This document shows positions 1 through 10,607 of a stretch of 64,000 bases of DNA, in pieces (the first letter of the stretch is position 1; every line of letters begins with the position of its first letter). The notes beneath the pieces were generated by a model. That model searched no databases. It was not told the origin of the DNA and saw only the letters and a program-made list of their open reading frames with translations. A program made the translations under genes and the position numbers. This DNA comes from Collinsella sp. (GTDB taxonomy: Bacteria; Actinomycetota; Coriobacteriia; Coriobacteriales; Coriobacteriaceae): NCBI GenBank assembly GCA_036426035.1, contig JAXJPE010000067.1, positions 11,726-75,725 of the forward strand, written 5' to 3'.

Positions 1-106
1 GGCTCATGCGACGACCACCCTTGACGGTCTTCGACACGCGGTTGATGTAAACGACGCGCTCCTCGAACTCGGAGGCCTCGCGCTGCTGCTTCTGATTACG
101 AGCCAT
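1..106 (-). CDS. rpsE: 30S ribosomal protein S5 (5' part, runs off window)
   Basis: Manual translation [35 protein letters not shown]; follows rplR. Confidence 0.95.
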   Translation of the reverse strand, partial: MARNQKQQREASEFEERVVYINRVSKTVKGGRRMS

Positions 107-120
107 GTGCTACATACCTC

Positions 121-489
121 CTAAAACTCGAGACCGGCGGCACGAGCACCGTCGGCGAGGGCCTTGACGCGGCCATGGTAGATACGGCCACCACGATCGA
201 AAGCGACCTTGGTGATGCCGGCCTCGATGGCACGCTTGCCAACGAGCTGACCGACCTTCTCCGCAGCCTCCTTGTTCGAGGTGTGGGTGCCCTTGAACTC
301 GGCCTCGAGGGTCGAGGCGGAGACGAGCGTCAGGCTGGAGCCCTTGCTGTCGTCGATGATCTGGGCATAGATGTTGGCGTTGGTACGGGTCACGCGAAGA
401 CGCGGACGCTCGGCGGTACCCGAGACCTTGCCGCGAACACGACGCTGACGACGCTTGAGGCCTTCCAGCTTCGCCTTATGCTTGTTCAT
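121..489 (-). CDS. rplR: 50S ribosomal protein L18
   Basis: [34 protein letters not shown]. Confidence 0.98.
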   Translation of the reverse strand: MNKHKAKLEGLKRRQRRVRGKVSGTAERPRLRVTRTNANIYAQIIDDSKGSSLTLVSASTLEAEFKGTHTSNKEAAEKVGQLVGKRAIEAGITKVAFDRGGRIYHGRVKALADGARAAGLEF

Positions 490-564
490 ACGTAAACTCC
501 TAAAAAGGTTGATCTTGCCAGCACCTAACGGGGTGCTGGTCTTATGCGAGTGAGTCGGTAACGA

Positions 565-1101
565 CTACTTGGCGGCCTTACCCAGCTTGCGGCGGATGTG
601 CTCGCCAACATAGTGGATACCCTTGCCCTTGTAAGGCTCGGGAGGACGATGGCCGCGGATCTCAGCGGCGATCTGACCGACCTGCTGCTTGTTGATACCC
701 TTGACGTTCACGTGGGTGTTGTCGGGAACCTCGAAGGTGATGCCCTCGGGAGCCTCGACGATCACGGGGTGCGAGAAGCCCAGGGAGAACTCGAGGTTCT
801 TGCCCTTCTGCTGCACGCGGTAGCCGACGCCGGCGAGCTCGAGCTTCTTCTCGAAGCCCTCGGAAACGCCAACAACCATGTTGTGGATGAGGGCGCGGGT
901 GAGGCCGTGGCGGGCACGGGTCTCACGCTCGTCGTCGGGACGGGAAACGGTGAGGACGTTGTCCTCGACGTTGATGGTGAGCTTCTCAAAAACATCGAGC
1001 TCGAGCTGGCCCTTGGGGCCCTTGACGACAACGTTGTTGCCGTTGACTGCCACTTCGACTCCGGCGGGAATCTGGACAGGCTTATTACCGATACGAGACA
1101 C
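565..1101 (-). CDS. rplF: 50S ribosomal protein L6
   Basis: [18 protein letters not shown]. Confidence 0.98.
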   Translation of the reverse strand: MSRIGNKPVQIPAGVEVAVNGNNVVVKGPKGQLELDVFEKLTINVEDNVLTVSRPDDERETRARHGLTRALIHNMVVGVSEGFEKKLELAGVGYRVQQKGKNLEFSLGFSHPVIVEAPEGITFEVPDNTHVNVKGINKQQVGQIAAEIRGHRPPEPYKGKGIHYVGEHIRRKLGKAAK

Positions 1102-1134
1102 GGTGATCTCCTTTCCTTCTACCTACCGAGCGAA

Positions 1135-1533
1135 TTACCAGACGTAAGCGATGATCTCGCCGCCGACGTTGTGCTTGCGAGCATCGCGGTCGGTCATGAC
1201 GCCATGGCTGGTGGAAATAATGGCGGTACCAAGGCCACCACGGACGCGGGGCATGTCGGCAACGCCGGTGTACTTACGCAGGCCCGGCTTGGAAATGCGG
1301 CGGATGCCGTTGATGACCTTAGCCTTCTTGGGACCATACTTAAGCGTGATGTGCAGAGTCTTCTGGGGAACGGTGTCCTCGACATCGTAGCCCTCGATGT
1401 AGCCCTCCTCGTGCAGAACACGAGCGATCTCGACGAGCTTCTTGCTGCTCGGCATGGAGACCGTGGCCTTGTTCACAGAGTTAGCGTTACGGATGCGCGT
1501 AAGCATATCTGCGATCGGGTCTGTAAGGTTCAT
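1135..1533 (-). CDS. rpsH: 30S ribosomal protein S8
   Basis: [30 protein letters not shown]. Confidence 0.98.
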   Translation of the reverse strand: MNLTDPIADMLTRIRNANSVNKATVSMPSSKKLVEIARVLHEEGYIEGYDVEDTVPQKTLHITLKYGPKKAKVINGIRRISKPGLRKYTGVADMPRVRGGLGTAIISTSHGVMTDRDARKHNVGGEIIAYVW

Positions 1534-1652
1534 ACAGATTCTCCTTCGTTCTTGATGAACACGTGCTCTTGGTTCTTCGCCGCCCTTAACGGCAAAGCCT
1601 ATTTAGCGCGTTTTCCCTGTTCCAAACGGATGCTTGAAACGCTGGTAGTGAC

Positions 1653-1838
1653 TTACCAGCTGGCCTTCTTAACGCCGGGAAGCTCGCCCTTGAGTGCAAG
1701 CTCACGGAAGCAGACACGGCACAGGCCGAACTTGCGGTACACAGAGTGCGGACGGCCGCAGCGCTGGCAGCGCGTGTACTCACGAGTAGAGAACTTCTGC
1801 TTGCGATTGCACTTGACGATCATCGATGTCTTAGCCAC
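1653..1838 (-). CDS. rpsN: 30S ribosomal protein S14, zinc-binding type Z
   Basis: 61 aa, [17 protein letters not shown]. Confidence 0.97.
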   Translation of the reverse strand: MAKTSMIVKCNRKQKFSTREYTRCQRCGRPHSVYRKFGLCRVCFRELALKGELPGVKKASW

Positions 1839-1917
1839 TTATATCCTCCTCACATAGAGTATTGTTCGCCCCAAGCGCCGCCCCCTTGTGGGAACGGCGC
1901 TTATAGGGCAGGTGAAC

Positions 1918-2475
1918 CTATTTCTTGAACGGGAAACCGAAGGCGTCCAGAAGGGCCTTGGCCTCCTCATCGGTATTGGCGGTGGTCACGAAAGTGATGT
2001 CCATACCACGCTGGTGATCGACGGAGTCGAAGTCGATCTCGGGGAAGATGAGCTGCTCGGTAACGCCCATGGAGAAGTTACCACGGCCGTCGAAGCTCTT
2101 GGCGGAGATGCCGCGGAAGTCGCGGATACGGGGGATCGCGACGGAGGTCAGACGATCGAAGAACTCCCACATACGGTCGCCACGCAGGGTAACCTTGCAG
2201 CCGATCGGCATACCAGCGCGCAGGCGGAAGGTAGCGATGGACTTGCGGGCACGGGTGATCATCGGCTGCTGGCCGGTGATGGCGCGCAGGTCGCGCACGG
2301 CACCGTCGATGGCCTTGGAATCGGTAGCGGCCTCGCCGACACCCATGTTCACGACGATCTTCTCAAACTTGGGGATCATCATGACGTTCTCGTACTGAAA
2401 CTTTTCCTGAAGCTGGTGCTTGACCTCGTTGTTGTACTTGGTCTTCAGACGCGGCACATACTTCTCTTCTGCCAT
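1918..2475 (-). CDS. rplE: 50S ribosomal protein L5
   Basis: [26 protein letters not shown]. Confidence 0.98.
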   Translation of the reverse strand: MAEEKYVPRLKTKYNNEVKHQLQEKFQYENVMMIPKFEKIVVNMGVGEAATDSKAIDGAVRDLRAITGQQPMITRARKSIATFRLRAGMPIGCKVTLRGDRMWEFFDRLTSVAIPRIRDFRGISAKSFDGRGNFSMGVTEQLIFPEIDFDSVDHQRGMDITFVTTANTDEEAKALLDAFGFPFKK

Positions 2476-2716
2476 TGTTCACTCCTTCTTGGGGTTTTAA
2501 GCACGGGGCGTGGCCACGATGGGTTGTCCTCGTGCCTCCTGGCTGCATCCGCGCCGCTCATGGCATTTCGCGGTTTGGACTCGACGCAGCAGGAGCCGAC
2601 AAAACAATCGGTACTATACGCGCATTGGGTGCGTATTTCCAGAAAAACCTCGTCTGCCTGCACAACTCCACAACTCCCCCGCACATATTGATCCCTTGGG
2701 GACGGAGGAAAATGGC

Positions 2717-2783
2717 AGTTGCGGTGAAATAGTTCCTGGCTGACCGCCCGTCGGGCTTATCTAGGGACTATTTCACCGCAACT
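2717..2783. repeat. Inverted repeat (21-bp arms) at the junction of the purine cluster and the rplE upstream region
   Basis: agttgcggtgaaatagttcct ... agggactatttcaccgcaact. Confidence 0.75.
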
Positions 2784-2800
2784 TATTGATGGGGATGCGA

Positions 2801-3844
2801 TTAGCGCTTGCGGGGGACGAGCTTGGTGCGGCGCAGGTGAATCATCTCGGCGGCGATGGAGATGGCGATCTCCTCGGGATCCTCAGCCTCGATGGCAACG
2901 CCGATCGGCAGGTGCAGCCCGTCGATCTGCTCCTGCGTAAAGCCCTCCTGTTCCAAGCGGGCCCGCACAAAGGCCGTCTTGCGACGCGAGCCCAGGCAAC
3001 CCAGATAGGCTGGCTTGGCGCGCATGGCCTGAATCACCACATCGATATCGGACTTATGACCCGCCGTGGCCACGACCACCAAGTCGCGCGGGCCGATGGG
3101 ACAAAGCTTGCTCAGGTTCTTGTAGTCGACCAGACGACGGTCGTAGACACCGGACACCCAATCGGGGGTCAGCGTGCCGGGGCGGTCGTCGCAAGCCACG
3201 ACGGCAAAGCCCGCCGCCGTGAGCACCCGCGCCGTCGCAGCGCCCACGTGCCCGCAGCCAAAGATATAGGTCAGGCCCTCGGGGCAGAGCGTTTCGATGT
3301 GCGCCGCGGGAATCTCGGAGGCGGCGTTGGTGTAGGTGACCTTACTCCCCTCCTCCACCAGCGAAAGCTCGGGGCAGCCCATTATGGTGCGGCGCGACTC
3401 CTCACCATGGTATTCGGCAACGTCGCTTTCGAGCGCGCTTGCGATAAACGGCTCAAAATCGATGGCGAAGTCGCCGATGCGTCGATACGCCAGTACATCG
3501 GCAATCTCCTGGAACAACGGCGCCTTGGTCGCATCCAGGTGCAGATAACACAGGCAAATGGCTCCGCCGCAGATCATGCCGGTATCGGAGTTCTCGCCGC
3601 CCATGGTGTAGCGGACTAGACGCGATTGACCCTCGGCCAGCAGCTCGCAGGCCTCGCCCAGCGCAAAGAGCTCGATTTTGCCGCCGCCGATGGTGCCCGC
3701 TTGGCTTCCATCGGCAAAAACGGCCATCCAGGCGCCCACGCCGCGCGGCGACGACCCTGCCGTGCCGGCCACGACCACCAGCTCGCATGCCTCGCCAGCA
3801 CGCAGGGCAGCAAGCGCCGCATTCACAACATCGAGCTTTTCCAT
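2801..3844 (-). CDS. XdhC/CoxI-family xanthine dehydrogenase accessory (Moco maturation) protein
   Basis: GSSPR..GTIGGG, MICGG, IFGCGHVG, YLGCLGSRRK, PIG..PEEIAISIAAE. Confidence 0.9.
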   Translation of the reverse strand: MEKLDVVNAALAALRAGEACELVVVAGTAGSSPRGVGAWMAVFADGSQAGTIGGGKIELFALGEACELLAEGQSRLVRYTMGGENSDTGMICGGAICLCYLHLDATKAPLFQEIADVLAYRRIGDFAIDFEPFIASALESDVAEYHGEESRRTIMGCPELSLVEEGSKVTYTNAASEIPAAHIETLCPEGLTYIFGCGHVGAATARVLTAAGFAVVACDDRPGTLTPDWVSGVYDRRLVDYKNLSKLCPIGPRDLVVVATAGHKSDIDVVIQAMRAKPAYLGCLGSRRKTAFVRARLEQEGFTQEQIDGLHLPIGVAIEAEDPEEIAISIAAEMIHLRRTKLVPRKR

Positions 3845-3853
3845 TGCCGCCTT

Positions 3854-4648
3854 CTATCCTCTAAAGACATCGGTGAGCATGGCAAGCGCCTCGAGCACGC
3901 CGCCGCCGACCGATGTCGCCTTGTCCGAAATATAGTTGATGTAGCTGGCGTCACCGCGCGGGTCAACATCGGCACATTTAAAGCCCTCGGTCACCTGAAC
4001 GCCGTCTGCCAAAAGACCGCGCAGGCAGCCGTCAATCGTCGTGAACATGGGCGTATCACCCGCATACCCAACGCACTCGCCGGCACTCACGATGTCGCCG
4101 ATTGCGCGGTCGGACCTAAACGCACCGGCGGCAGGGCTGTGGATTACACGCTCCTTGCCGTATCCGGCGATGACACCCGGCACGCCCGTGTTGGGCTGGG
4201 GTGAACCTAGGGTAATGACACGGCCGAGGAAATGACCGCGCATGGTCTCGACCACGGCGTCGCAATCGACCGGCGCGGTAAAGCCCGGCCCCACGGCGAT
4301 GACGACAGGCGCCATATCGCGCGTGGTACCCAAGTTGCGCTTAGCCAAAATCGCGTCGACCACAGCCGCGGGTTTCAACTCGCCGAGCATCTTGGCCTGG
4401 GGGTCCACCACAACGGCGACGTCTCCGGCCTCGGTAATCGCAAGCGCCTCAGCCGGCGTCTGTGCCAAGCGAGCGCGAATGCCTTCGACCTCGACCTCGC
4501 CCAGGCGAATGGCCTCGCAAAAACTGATTGTGCGGCGGATGCACGTGGGAACCGCGATATCGGCCATAACGACCGACACGCCGGAGCGCACCAAGCGAGC
4601 GGCGACGCCCGTGGCGATATCGCCGGCGCCGCGAACATAAACGAGCAT
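3854..4648 (-). CDS. yqeB: Selenium-dependent molybdenum hydroxylase system protein, YqeB family
   Basis: VRGAGDIATGVA..IRRTISF..DAILAKRNLGT..ETMRGH.LGR..DVDPRG..ISDKA. Confidence 0.92.
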   Translation of the reverse strand: MLVYVRGAGDIATGVAARLVRSGVSVVMADIAVPTCIRRTISFCEAIRLGEVEVEGIRARLAQTPAEALAITEAGDVAVVVDPQAKMLGELKPAAVVDAILAKRNLGTTRDMAPVVIAVGPGFTAPVDCDAVVETMRGHFLGRVITLGSPQPNTGVPGVIAGYGKERVIHSPAAGAFRSDRAIGDIVSAGECVGYAGDTPMFTTIDGCLRGLLADGVQVTEGFKCADVDPRGDASYINYISDKATSVGGGVLEALAMLTDVFRG

Positions 4649-4750
4649 TCCCGGGGCACCTCCCTGTGCTACGGTTTGAGCAGAGCAAAAGCGGTTCGAC
4701 CGCCACTCTGATGATTATTTATTATCACAGTATTATACGGCGGTGAACAG

Positions 4751-5488
4751 ATGGAAACGATTAACGGGGGCCTTGCCTCCACGCTCAAGATTGAGCTGGG
4801 CATCACCGCGATCATCGGCAGCGGTGGCAAGTCGACCCTGCTAAAGACGCTCGGCCTTGAGCTTATGCGCGCCGGCGGCCGCGTGCTCCTCTGCACCACC
4901 ACGCATATGTTTCCCGTCGCCGGCGTGCCATGGGACGGGTCGAACCGTCGCCTGGACGCCGCGCCCTGGAAGCCAGGTGCCTTACACGCCCCAGGCTGCA
5001 CCTGCGAGGCATGCGCGGGCGTGAGCCGCGGAAGTATCTGCCAGGCGGGTGTTTTGGACCCGGAGACAGGCAAGCTCTCCGCCCCCGCCGAGCCGCTCAA
5101 CGAGCTGGCGCAGCGCTTTGACTACGTGTTGGCCGAGGCAGATGGCAGCAAGCGACTCCCGCTTAAGGCGCATGCCGCCTGGGAGCCGGTTATTCCTGCC
5201 GGCACTGCCAACGTCATCTGGATCGTCGGCGCCTCGGGGCTGGGCAAGCCCGTCGCCGAGGTTGCCCACCGCCCCGAGCTCTTTTGCGAGCGTTGCGGCT
5301 GCGAGCCCACCGACATCGCCACGCCCGAGCGCGTCGCCATGGTGCTCAATGCCGAGCTGCGGATGCTGAACCTCAACAATGCCCGCATCATGCTCAACCA
5401 AGTCGACACGCTTGCCGACCCAACGATGGCCGACCGCTTCGAGGCAGCTCTCGACCGTCCCATCATCGCCACCAGCCTCAAGGGGTAG
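4751..5488 (+). CDS. yqeC: Selenium cofactor biosynthesis protein, YqeC family
   Basis: IGSGGKST, TTTHM, EADGSKRLPLKAH..EPVIP. Confidence 0.9.
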   Translation: METINGGLASTLKIELGITAIIGSGGKSTLLKTLGLELMRAGGRVLLCTTTHMFPVAGVPWDGSNRRLDAAPWKPGALHAPGCTCEACAGVSRGSICQAGVLDPETGKLSAPAEPLNELAQRFDYVLAEADGSKRLPLKAHAAWEPVIPAGTANVIWIVGASGLGKPVAEVAHRPELFCERCGCEPTDIATPERVAMVLNAELRMLNLNNARIMLNQVDTLADPTMADRFEAALDRPIIATSLKG

Positions 5489-5587
5489 CTAATTTGGGAC
5501 GGGGCTCTTTTAGCTACCCCATGTTGAGAGAAAAATCATCAGGCAGGCAGGGGTAGCTAAAAGAGCCCCGTCCCAAATTAGCTACCC
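5483..5587. repeat. REP-like doublet: perfect 38-bp inverted repeat with 29-nt loop between convergent yqeC and hydA
   Basis: gggtagctaatttgggacggggctcttttagctacccc and its exact reverse complement at 5550-5587. Confidence 0.9.
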
Positions 5588-5601
5588 TGGCGCCCTTCCT
5601 G

Positions 5602-6969
5602 CTAGCGGGGCACGTAGCGACCGGGCTGGACTCCCGTGGGCTCGCCGTCGCGCGCAGCCAGCACGCCGTTCACAAACACAGCCTTGGCGCGGCCATGTGC
5701 CTCAAAACCCTCGAGCGGCGTGTAGTCCACGGCCTGATGCTGCGTCGCCGCGCGAATGGTCCAGCGCGCCTGGGGATCCCACACGCACACGTCGGCATCG
5801 GAGCCCTCGGCAAGACAGCCCTTGCGCGGGTACATGCCAAACACGCGCGCCGGGTTCTCGCTCATCAAGCGGCAGAGGTCCTCGGGGCCCAGCTGCCCCT
5901 CAAAGCTCGTGGCAATCGCGACGGGACGATGCTCCACGCCGGGCCCGCCGTTGGGAATCGCGCGGAAGTCGTCGCGCCCGCGGTCCTTTTGCCCGTGCAG
6001 ATTAAAGCTGCAGTGGTCGGTGGCGATGGTATCGATCTCGCCGGCCACAAGCGCCTCGCGCAGGGCCGCACGGTCGCCAGCATGGCGCAGCGGCGGACTC
6101 ATCACATACTTGGCACCCGCAAAGCCGTCTTCCCCCTGCTCCAAATAGCAGGTGTCGTCGAGCATCAGATATTGAGGGCAGGTCTCGACATAGATGTTCT
6201 TCTGCCCGCGTGCCTTGGCAGCGCGAATGGCCTCGAGCCCCAGCTTGGTCGAAAGGTGCACCACGTTGACCGGAGCGTCCCCGACCAAGTGCGCCAGATA
6301 CAGCAGGCGGCTCACGGCCTCGGCCTCACACACGTCCGGACGGCTGAGCGCATGGCCCTCGGGCCCATGAATCCCCTGCTCGTACACGCGCTTCTGCAGT
6401 TCATTCACCAGCGTGCCATTCTCGCAATGCACGCACAGGATACCGCCCAGGCGCTTGAGCTCTTCCAGCACCTCGAGTGTCTCGGCATCGTCCAAGCGCA
6501 AGTGGTCGTAGGCAAAGTAGGTCTTGAACGACGATACGCCCGCCTCGCGCATGGCCGAAAGATCGGCGCGGTTGCGCTCATTCCACTCGGCGAGTGCCAT
6601 ATGAAAGGCGTAGTTTGCCGTGCAGGTGCCGTCGGCGCGATGATGCCACTCGGCCAAGGCATCGGGCATGGTCACGCCGCGATCGGCCGTCGCGTAGTCC
6701 ACGATGGTCGTCGTACCGCCGCAGGCAGCCGCACGCGTACCGGTCTCAAAGCTATCGGCCGTCCAATCCATGCCGGTCCAGCACTGCATGTGCGTGTGGC
6801 CGTCGATAAAGCCGGGAAACACCCAGCAGTCCGCGGCATCCTCGACGGTATCGCCCTCGACAGGCTCAATCGCCGCAGCGATCCGCACAATTTTATCGCC
6901 ATCCATGGCAAGATCGGCGCGGCGAAGTCCCTGGGGCGTCACGAGCGCGCCGTTTTTGATGATGATCAT
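5602..6969 (-). CDS. hydA: Dihydropyrimidinase/hydantoinase (HyuA/YgeZ-like)
   Basis: PGFIDGHTH, GGTTTIVD, VHCEN, ETCPQYL, SPPLR, ATDHCSF. Confidence 0.92.
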   Translation of the reverse strand: MIIIKNGALVTPQGLRRADLAMDGDKIVRIAAAIEPVEGDTVEDAADCWVFPGFIDGHTHMQCWTGMDWTADSFETGTRAAACGGTTTIVDYATADRGVTMPDALAEWHHRADGTCTANYAFHMALAEWNERNRADLSAMREAGVSSFKTYFAYDHLRLDDAETLEVLEELKRLGGILCVHCENGTLVNELQKRVYEQGIHGPEGHALSRPDVCEAEAVSRLLYLAHLVGDAPVNVVHLSTKLGLEAIRAAKARGQKNIYVETCPQYLMLDDTCYLEQGEDGFAGAKYVMSPPLRHAGDRAALREALVAGEIDTIATDHCSFNLHGQKDRGRDDFRAIPNGGPGVEHRPVAIATSFEGQLGPEDLCRLMSENPARVFGMYPRKGCLAEGSDADVCVWDPQARWTIRAATQHQAVDYTPLEGFEAHGRAKAVFVNGVLAARDGEPTGVQPGRYVPR

Positions 6970-6978
6970 AATTGCTCC

Positions 6979-7593
6979 TTATTGGTTGATGCAGTTGGCC
7001 ACGCGATCAAAATACGAGCAGGCGGCGATATGCTCCGCTATGCGTCGCTGTCCCTTGGCGGTATCGACGTCCCACAGCTCGTAGGCACGCGCCTCGACCA
7101 GTACCACGTCGGCACGGCCCTTGAGGATCGAACCGCCGCCGTCCTTGCCCTCAAGACGCATGAGTGCATCGAACAGTTCCGCCGGAAAGAGCACCGGGCT
7201 CGAAGGCTCACCGTTGCACGCAAGACGCACCGGATGCTTGCGGCCACGCTCGTCAAACGCGCGAACCATGGCCTCAAAAGAATCCGCGCTCACAAGCGGC
7301 TGGTCGCCCGGCAAAAAGAGACAACCTTTCCAGTTGCGTTGTACCCCCCACGAAAGGCCCGCACGGACGCTTTCGCTGCGCAGCTCGCCATCGTGCAGCA
7401 CACACGGGCAATGCTTGTCCTCGCAAATCTGGGCGACCTCGGGCCAACGCGTCGAAACCACCATGTCAAAGCCCTTGGGAACCGAATCAATCGTCCGCGC
7501 GATCAGCGGCTCGCCATAGATATCGGCAAGCATCTTGTTAGAGCCAAACCGCTTGCCCTCGCCCGAAGCCATAATGACGCAACCAAGTTTCAT
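6979..7593 (-). CDS. Molybdenum cofactor cytidylyltransferase-like NTP transferase (MocA/YgfJ family)
   Basis: MASGEGKRFGSNK, LPGDQP, PVLF, GKDGG, DVDT; start at ATG after GGAG. Confidence 0.85.
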   Translation of the reverse strand: MKLGCVIMASGEGKRFGSNKMLADIYGEPLIARTIDSVPKGFDMVVSTRWPEVAQICEDKHCPCVLHDGELRSESVRAGLSWGVQRNWKGCLFLPGDQPLVSADSFEAMVRAFDERGRKHPVRLACNGEPSSPVLFPAELFDALMRLEGKDGGGSILKGRADVVLVEARAYELWDVDTAKGQRRIAEHIAACSYFDRVANCINQ

Positions 7594-7681
7594 GGCGATA
7601 CCTCCCCTGAAACCATCGTACCCATAACTCGCGCCGCGGGGCATCTACATCGAAAGCGCTTATCCCGCATGCCCCCGATGC

Positions 7682-7722
7682 AAAAAGGGGGGCACCCCGC
7701 CGGTTGGCAGAGCGCCCCCTTT
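7682..7722 (-). terminator. Intrinsic terminator after ygeW
   Basis: aaaaaggggggc...gcgcccccttt hairpin, U-tract on minus strand. Confidence 0.65.
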
Positions 7723-7745
7723 ACATGGCTTACCTCAGCCCAGCT

Positions 7746-8948
7746 TTAGGCCTGGAACCAACGGGCGGTGTTGCGCTCGTCGAGGGCCTTGAGGGCGGCA
7801 GCGGGATCGGCAACCTTCTGCAGGAACATCATGGCAGCGATGGCGTACGGCTTGTAGCTGGCCTCCTTGTACATGCCCACGCGGTGCATGTCGAAGACGT
7901 CGGCATTGACCTCGCCGTGCTCGCAGGAGACACCGGAGATGTCGGCGGGCAGCGGGTGCATAAAGATGGTGTCCTGGCCGTTGGCAGTCTTCTCCATGAG
8001 CTCGGTCGTGGAGCACCAATCCTGATGGGTGGCGTTCTGGGCGAGCAGCTCCTTCTCGAGCGCTGCGATGCCGGCGTCGTCGCCCTCGGCGTACAGGTTG
8101 GTGCGCTTCTCCATGGCGGCAAACGGAGCCCAGCTCTTGGGGATCACGATGTCGGCGCCCTCGAAGGCCTCGGCCATGGTGTTGACCTGCTTAAAGGTGG
8201 TGCCGGACTCGGCGGCATAACCCTTGGCGCGCTCGACGACCTCGGGCATGAGGTCGTAGCCCTCGGGGTGGGCCAGGGTGACGTCCATGCCAAAGCGAGG
8301 CAGCAGGCTGATCAGCGACTGCGGGCAGGACAGCGGCTTGCCGTAAGAGGGCGAATAGGCCCAGGTGACGGCAACCTTCTTGCCCTTGAGGTTCTCAAGA
8401 CCGCCAAACTCGTTGATGAGGTAGAGCATGTCGGCAGAGGACTGCGTGGGGTGATCGGAGTCGGACTGCAGGGAGATGAGCGTGGGACGGTGATCCAGAA
8501 CGCCGTCCTCGTAGGCCTGCTGGACAGACTCGGAGACCTCGGCCATGTAGGCATCGCCCTTGCCGATGTACATGTCGTCGCGGATGCCGATGACGTCGGC
8601 CATGAAGGAAATCATGGTAGCGGTCTCACGGACGGTCTCGCCGTGAGCGATCTGGGACTTCTTCTCGTCCAGGTCCTGCAGCTCAAGGCCGAGCAGGTTG
8701 GCGGCCTTAGAGAAGGAGAAGCGCGTACGGGTGGAGTTGTCGCGGAACAGGGAGACGGCCAGGCCCGAGTCGAAGATCTTGGACGAGACGTTGTTCTCAC
8801 GCAGCTCGCGCAGTGCGTCGGCGACGATGTAGAGAGCCTTGAGCTCATCGGTGGTCTTGTCCCAGGTGTGCAGGAAGTCGCTGCCGTACATACCCTTAAA
8901 ATCGAGGCCGTTCAGCTGCTCGACGAGCTCGGTAAACTTGGCGTCCAT
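7746..8948 (-). CDS. ygeW: Knotted carbamoyltransferase YgeW
   Basis: FRDNSTRTRFSF, IGIRDDMYIG, WAYSPSYGKPLS, HPLPADISG, EASYKPY. Confidence 0.95.
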   Translation of the reverse strand: MDAKFTELVEQLNGLDFKGMYGSDFLHTWDKTTDELKALYIVADALRELRENNVSSKIFDSGLAVSLFRDNSTRTRFSFSKAANLLGLELQDLDEKKSQIAHGETVRETATMISFMADVIGIRDDMYIGKGDAYMAEVSESVQQAYEDGVLDHRPTLISLQSDSDHPTQSSADMLYLINEFGGLENLKGKKVAVTWAYSPSYGKPLSCPQSLISLLPRFGMDVTLAHPEGYDLMPEVVERAKGYAAESGTTFKQVNTMAEAFEGADIVIPKSWAPFAAMEKRTNLYAEGDDAGIAALEKELLAQNATHQDWCSTTELMEKTANGQDTIFMHPLPADISGVSCEHGEVNADVFDMHRVGMYKEASYKPYAIAAMMFLQKVADPAAALKALDERNTARWFQA

Positions 8949-9149
8949 GTAAATGTCCTTTCTAAAGGTGAAACGATCGCAATGAGTAGATGTGCTCCGG
9001 CATGCGCGTGTGGCTATAACATGCAGAGCACCATGACGAGGACCCGCTACCGTTGAGGAAGCATGGGAGATAACGACCGCGGGCCCCAAGTCAACAGGGG
9101 GTGCCGGGGACACGAGCGGCCCCCGGCTCAACAAGATCGAGGAATGGGA

Positions 9150-10535
9150 CTAGTCGATCTTGTTGTTGGTCAGACCGGCGCGGAACACGGTGGCGTCGCC
9201 ATCGGCCTGGCTCGGATCGTAGAGGTTCAGGGCAGCCACATACATGGCGGCAGCGGTGACCAGGTCGTCCTTGTAGGTGACCTCGTTGGGAGCGTGAGCC
9301 TGAGACTCGGCACCCGGGCCAAAGCCGACGCAGGGGATGCCATAGCGGCCCTGGATGGAAACGCAGTTCGTGGAGAAGGTCCACTTGTCGCACAGCGGAC
9401 GACCGGTGCGCTTGTCCATGCTGGGCTCGCAGCCGATGCGCTCGTCACCGAACATGGCCTTGTGGGCGTCGACGAGGGCCTTGACGTGCGGAGCGGTCTC
9501 CTTGTTGATCCACGTGGGGAAGTAAGCCTCGGTCTCGTAGACCTCGCCGGTCCAGGACGGACGGTCATACATGTACATGGAGACCTTCACGTCGTCGCCG
9601 TACTTCTTGGCGGCCGGCAGGTTGCGGATCTCGTCCAGGCAGGACTCCCAGGTCTCACCGGCGGTCATGCGACGGTCGATGGAGATGGCGCAGGAGTCAG
9701 CGACAGCGCAGCGGCTGGGGCTGGTGTAGAAGATCTGACTGACGGTGCAGGTGCCGCGGCCCAGGAAGCGGGCGTCCTCGAAGTGCTCGGGGTTGTACTT
9801 GGGGTCGAGCATCTTGACGAGGCCCTTGATGTCGGTCGACTCGTCGCAGCCGTTGTTGTTGAGGGCGCGGACGTCGGCGATGATGTCGGCCATCTTGTAG
9901 ATGGCGTTGTCGCCGCGGTCGGGAGCGGAGCCGTGGCAGGAGGTGCCGTGAACGTCGACGCGGATCTCCATGCGACCGCGGTGACCGCGATAGATGCCGC
10001 CGTCGGTGGGCTCGGTGGAAATGACGAACTCGGGCTTAATGCCGTCCTTGTTGTAGATGTACTGCCAGCACATGCCGTCGCAGTCCTCTTCCTGGACGGT
10101 GCCGACGACCATGATCTTGTAGCCCTCGGGGATGAGGCCCATGTCCTTCATCATCTTGGCAGCGTAGGTAGCAGAAGCCATGCCACCCTCCTGGTCGGAG
10201 CCGCCGCGGCCGTAGATGATCTCGTCGGTCTCGTAGCCCTCATAGGGATCGGCATCCCAGTTCTCGATGTTGCCGATGCCGACGGTGTCGATGTGAGAGT
10301 CGATGGCGATGATCTTGTCGCCCTCGCCCATAAAGCCCATGACGTTGCCCAGGCCGTCGACCTTGACCTCGTCATAGCCAAGGCTCTCCATCTCGGCCTT
10401 GATGCAGGCGACAACCTCGCCCTCCTCGCAGGACTCAGAGGGATGGGAGATCATTGCGCGAAGAAAACGCGACATATCAGCACGGTGGGACTCAGCAGCA
10501 GCCTTGATAGCGTCGAAATCGAGTTCTTTAGCCAT
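9150..10535 (-). CDS. ygeY: YgeY-family selenium metabolism-linked M20 hydrolase
   Basis: [33 protein letters not shown]. Confidence 0.95.
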   Translation of the reverse strand: MAKELDFDAIKAAAESHRADMSRFLRAMISHPSESCEEGEVVACIKAEMESLGYDEVKVDGLGNVMGFMGEGDKIIAIDSHIDTVGIGNIENWDADPYEGYETDEIIYGRGGSDQEGGMASATYAAKMMKDMGLIPEGYKIMVVGTVQEEDCDGMCWQYIYNKDGIKPEFVISTEPTDGGIYRGHRGRMEIRVDVHGTSCHGSAPDRGDNAIYKMADIIADVRALNNNGCDESTDIKGLVKMLDPKYNPEHFEDARFLGRGTCTVSQIFYTSPSRCAVADSCAISIDRRMTAGETWESCLDEIRNLPAAKKYGDDVKVSMYMYDRPSWTGEVYETEAYFPTWINKETAPHVKALVDAHKAMFGDERIGCEPSMDKRTGRPLCDKWTFSTNCVSIQGRYGIPCVGFGPGAESQAHAPNEVTYKDDLVTAAAMYVAALNLYDPSQADGDATVFRAGLTNNKID

Positions 10536-10607
10536 TGTTCATAACCTTTCAAACGAAGGAATCTACCTGTGGGGTGGCGGAGCGATACCTATTTACTCCG
10601 CCCAGTA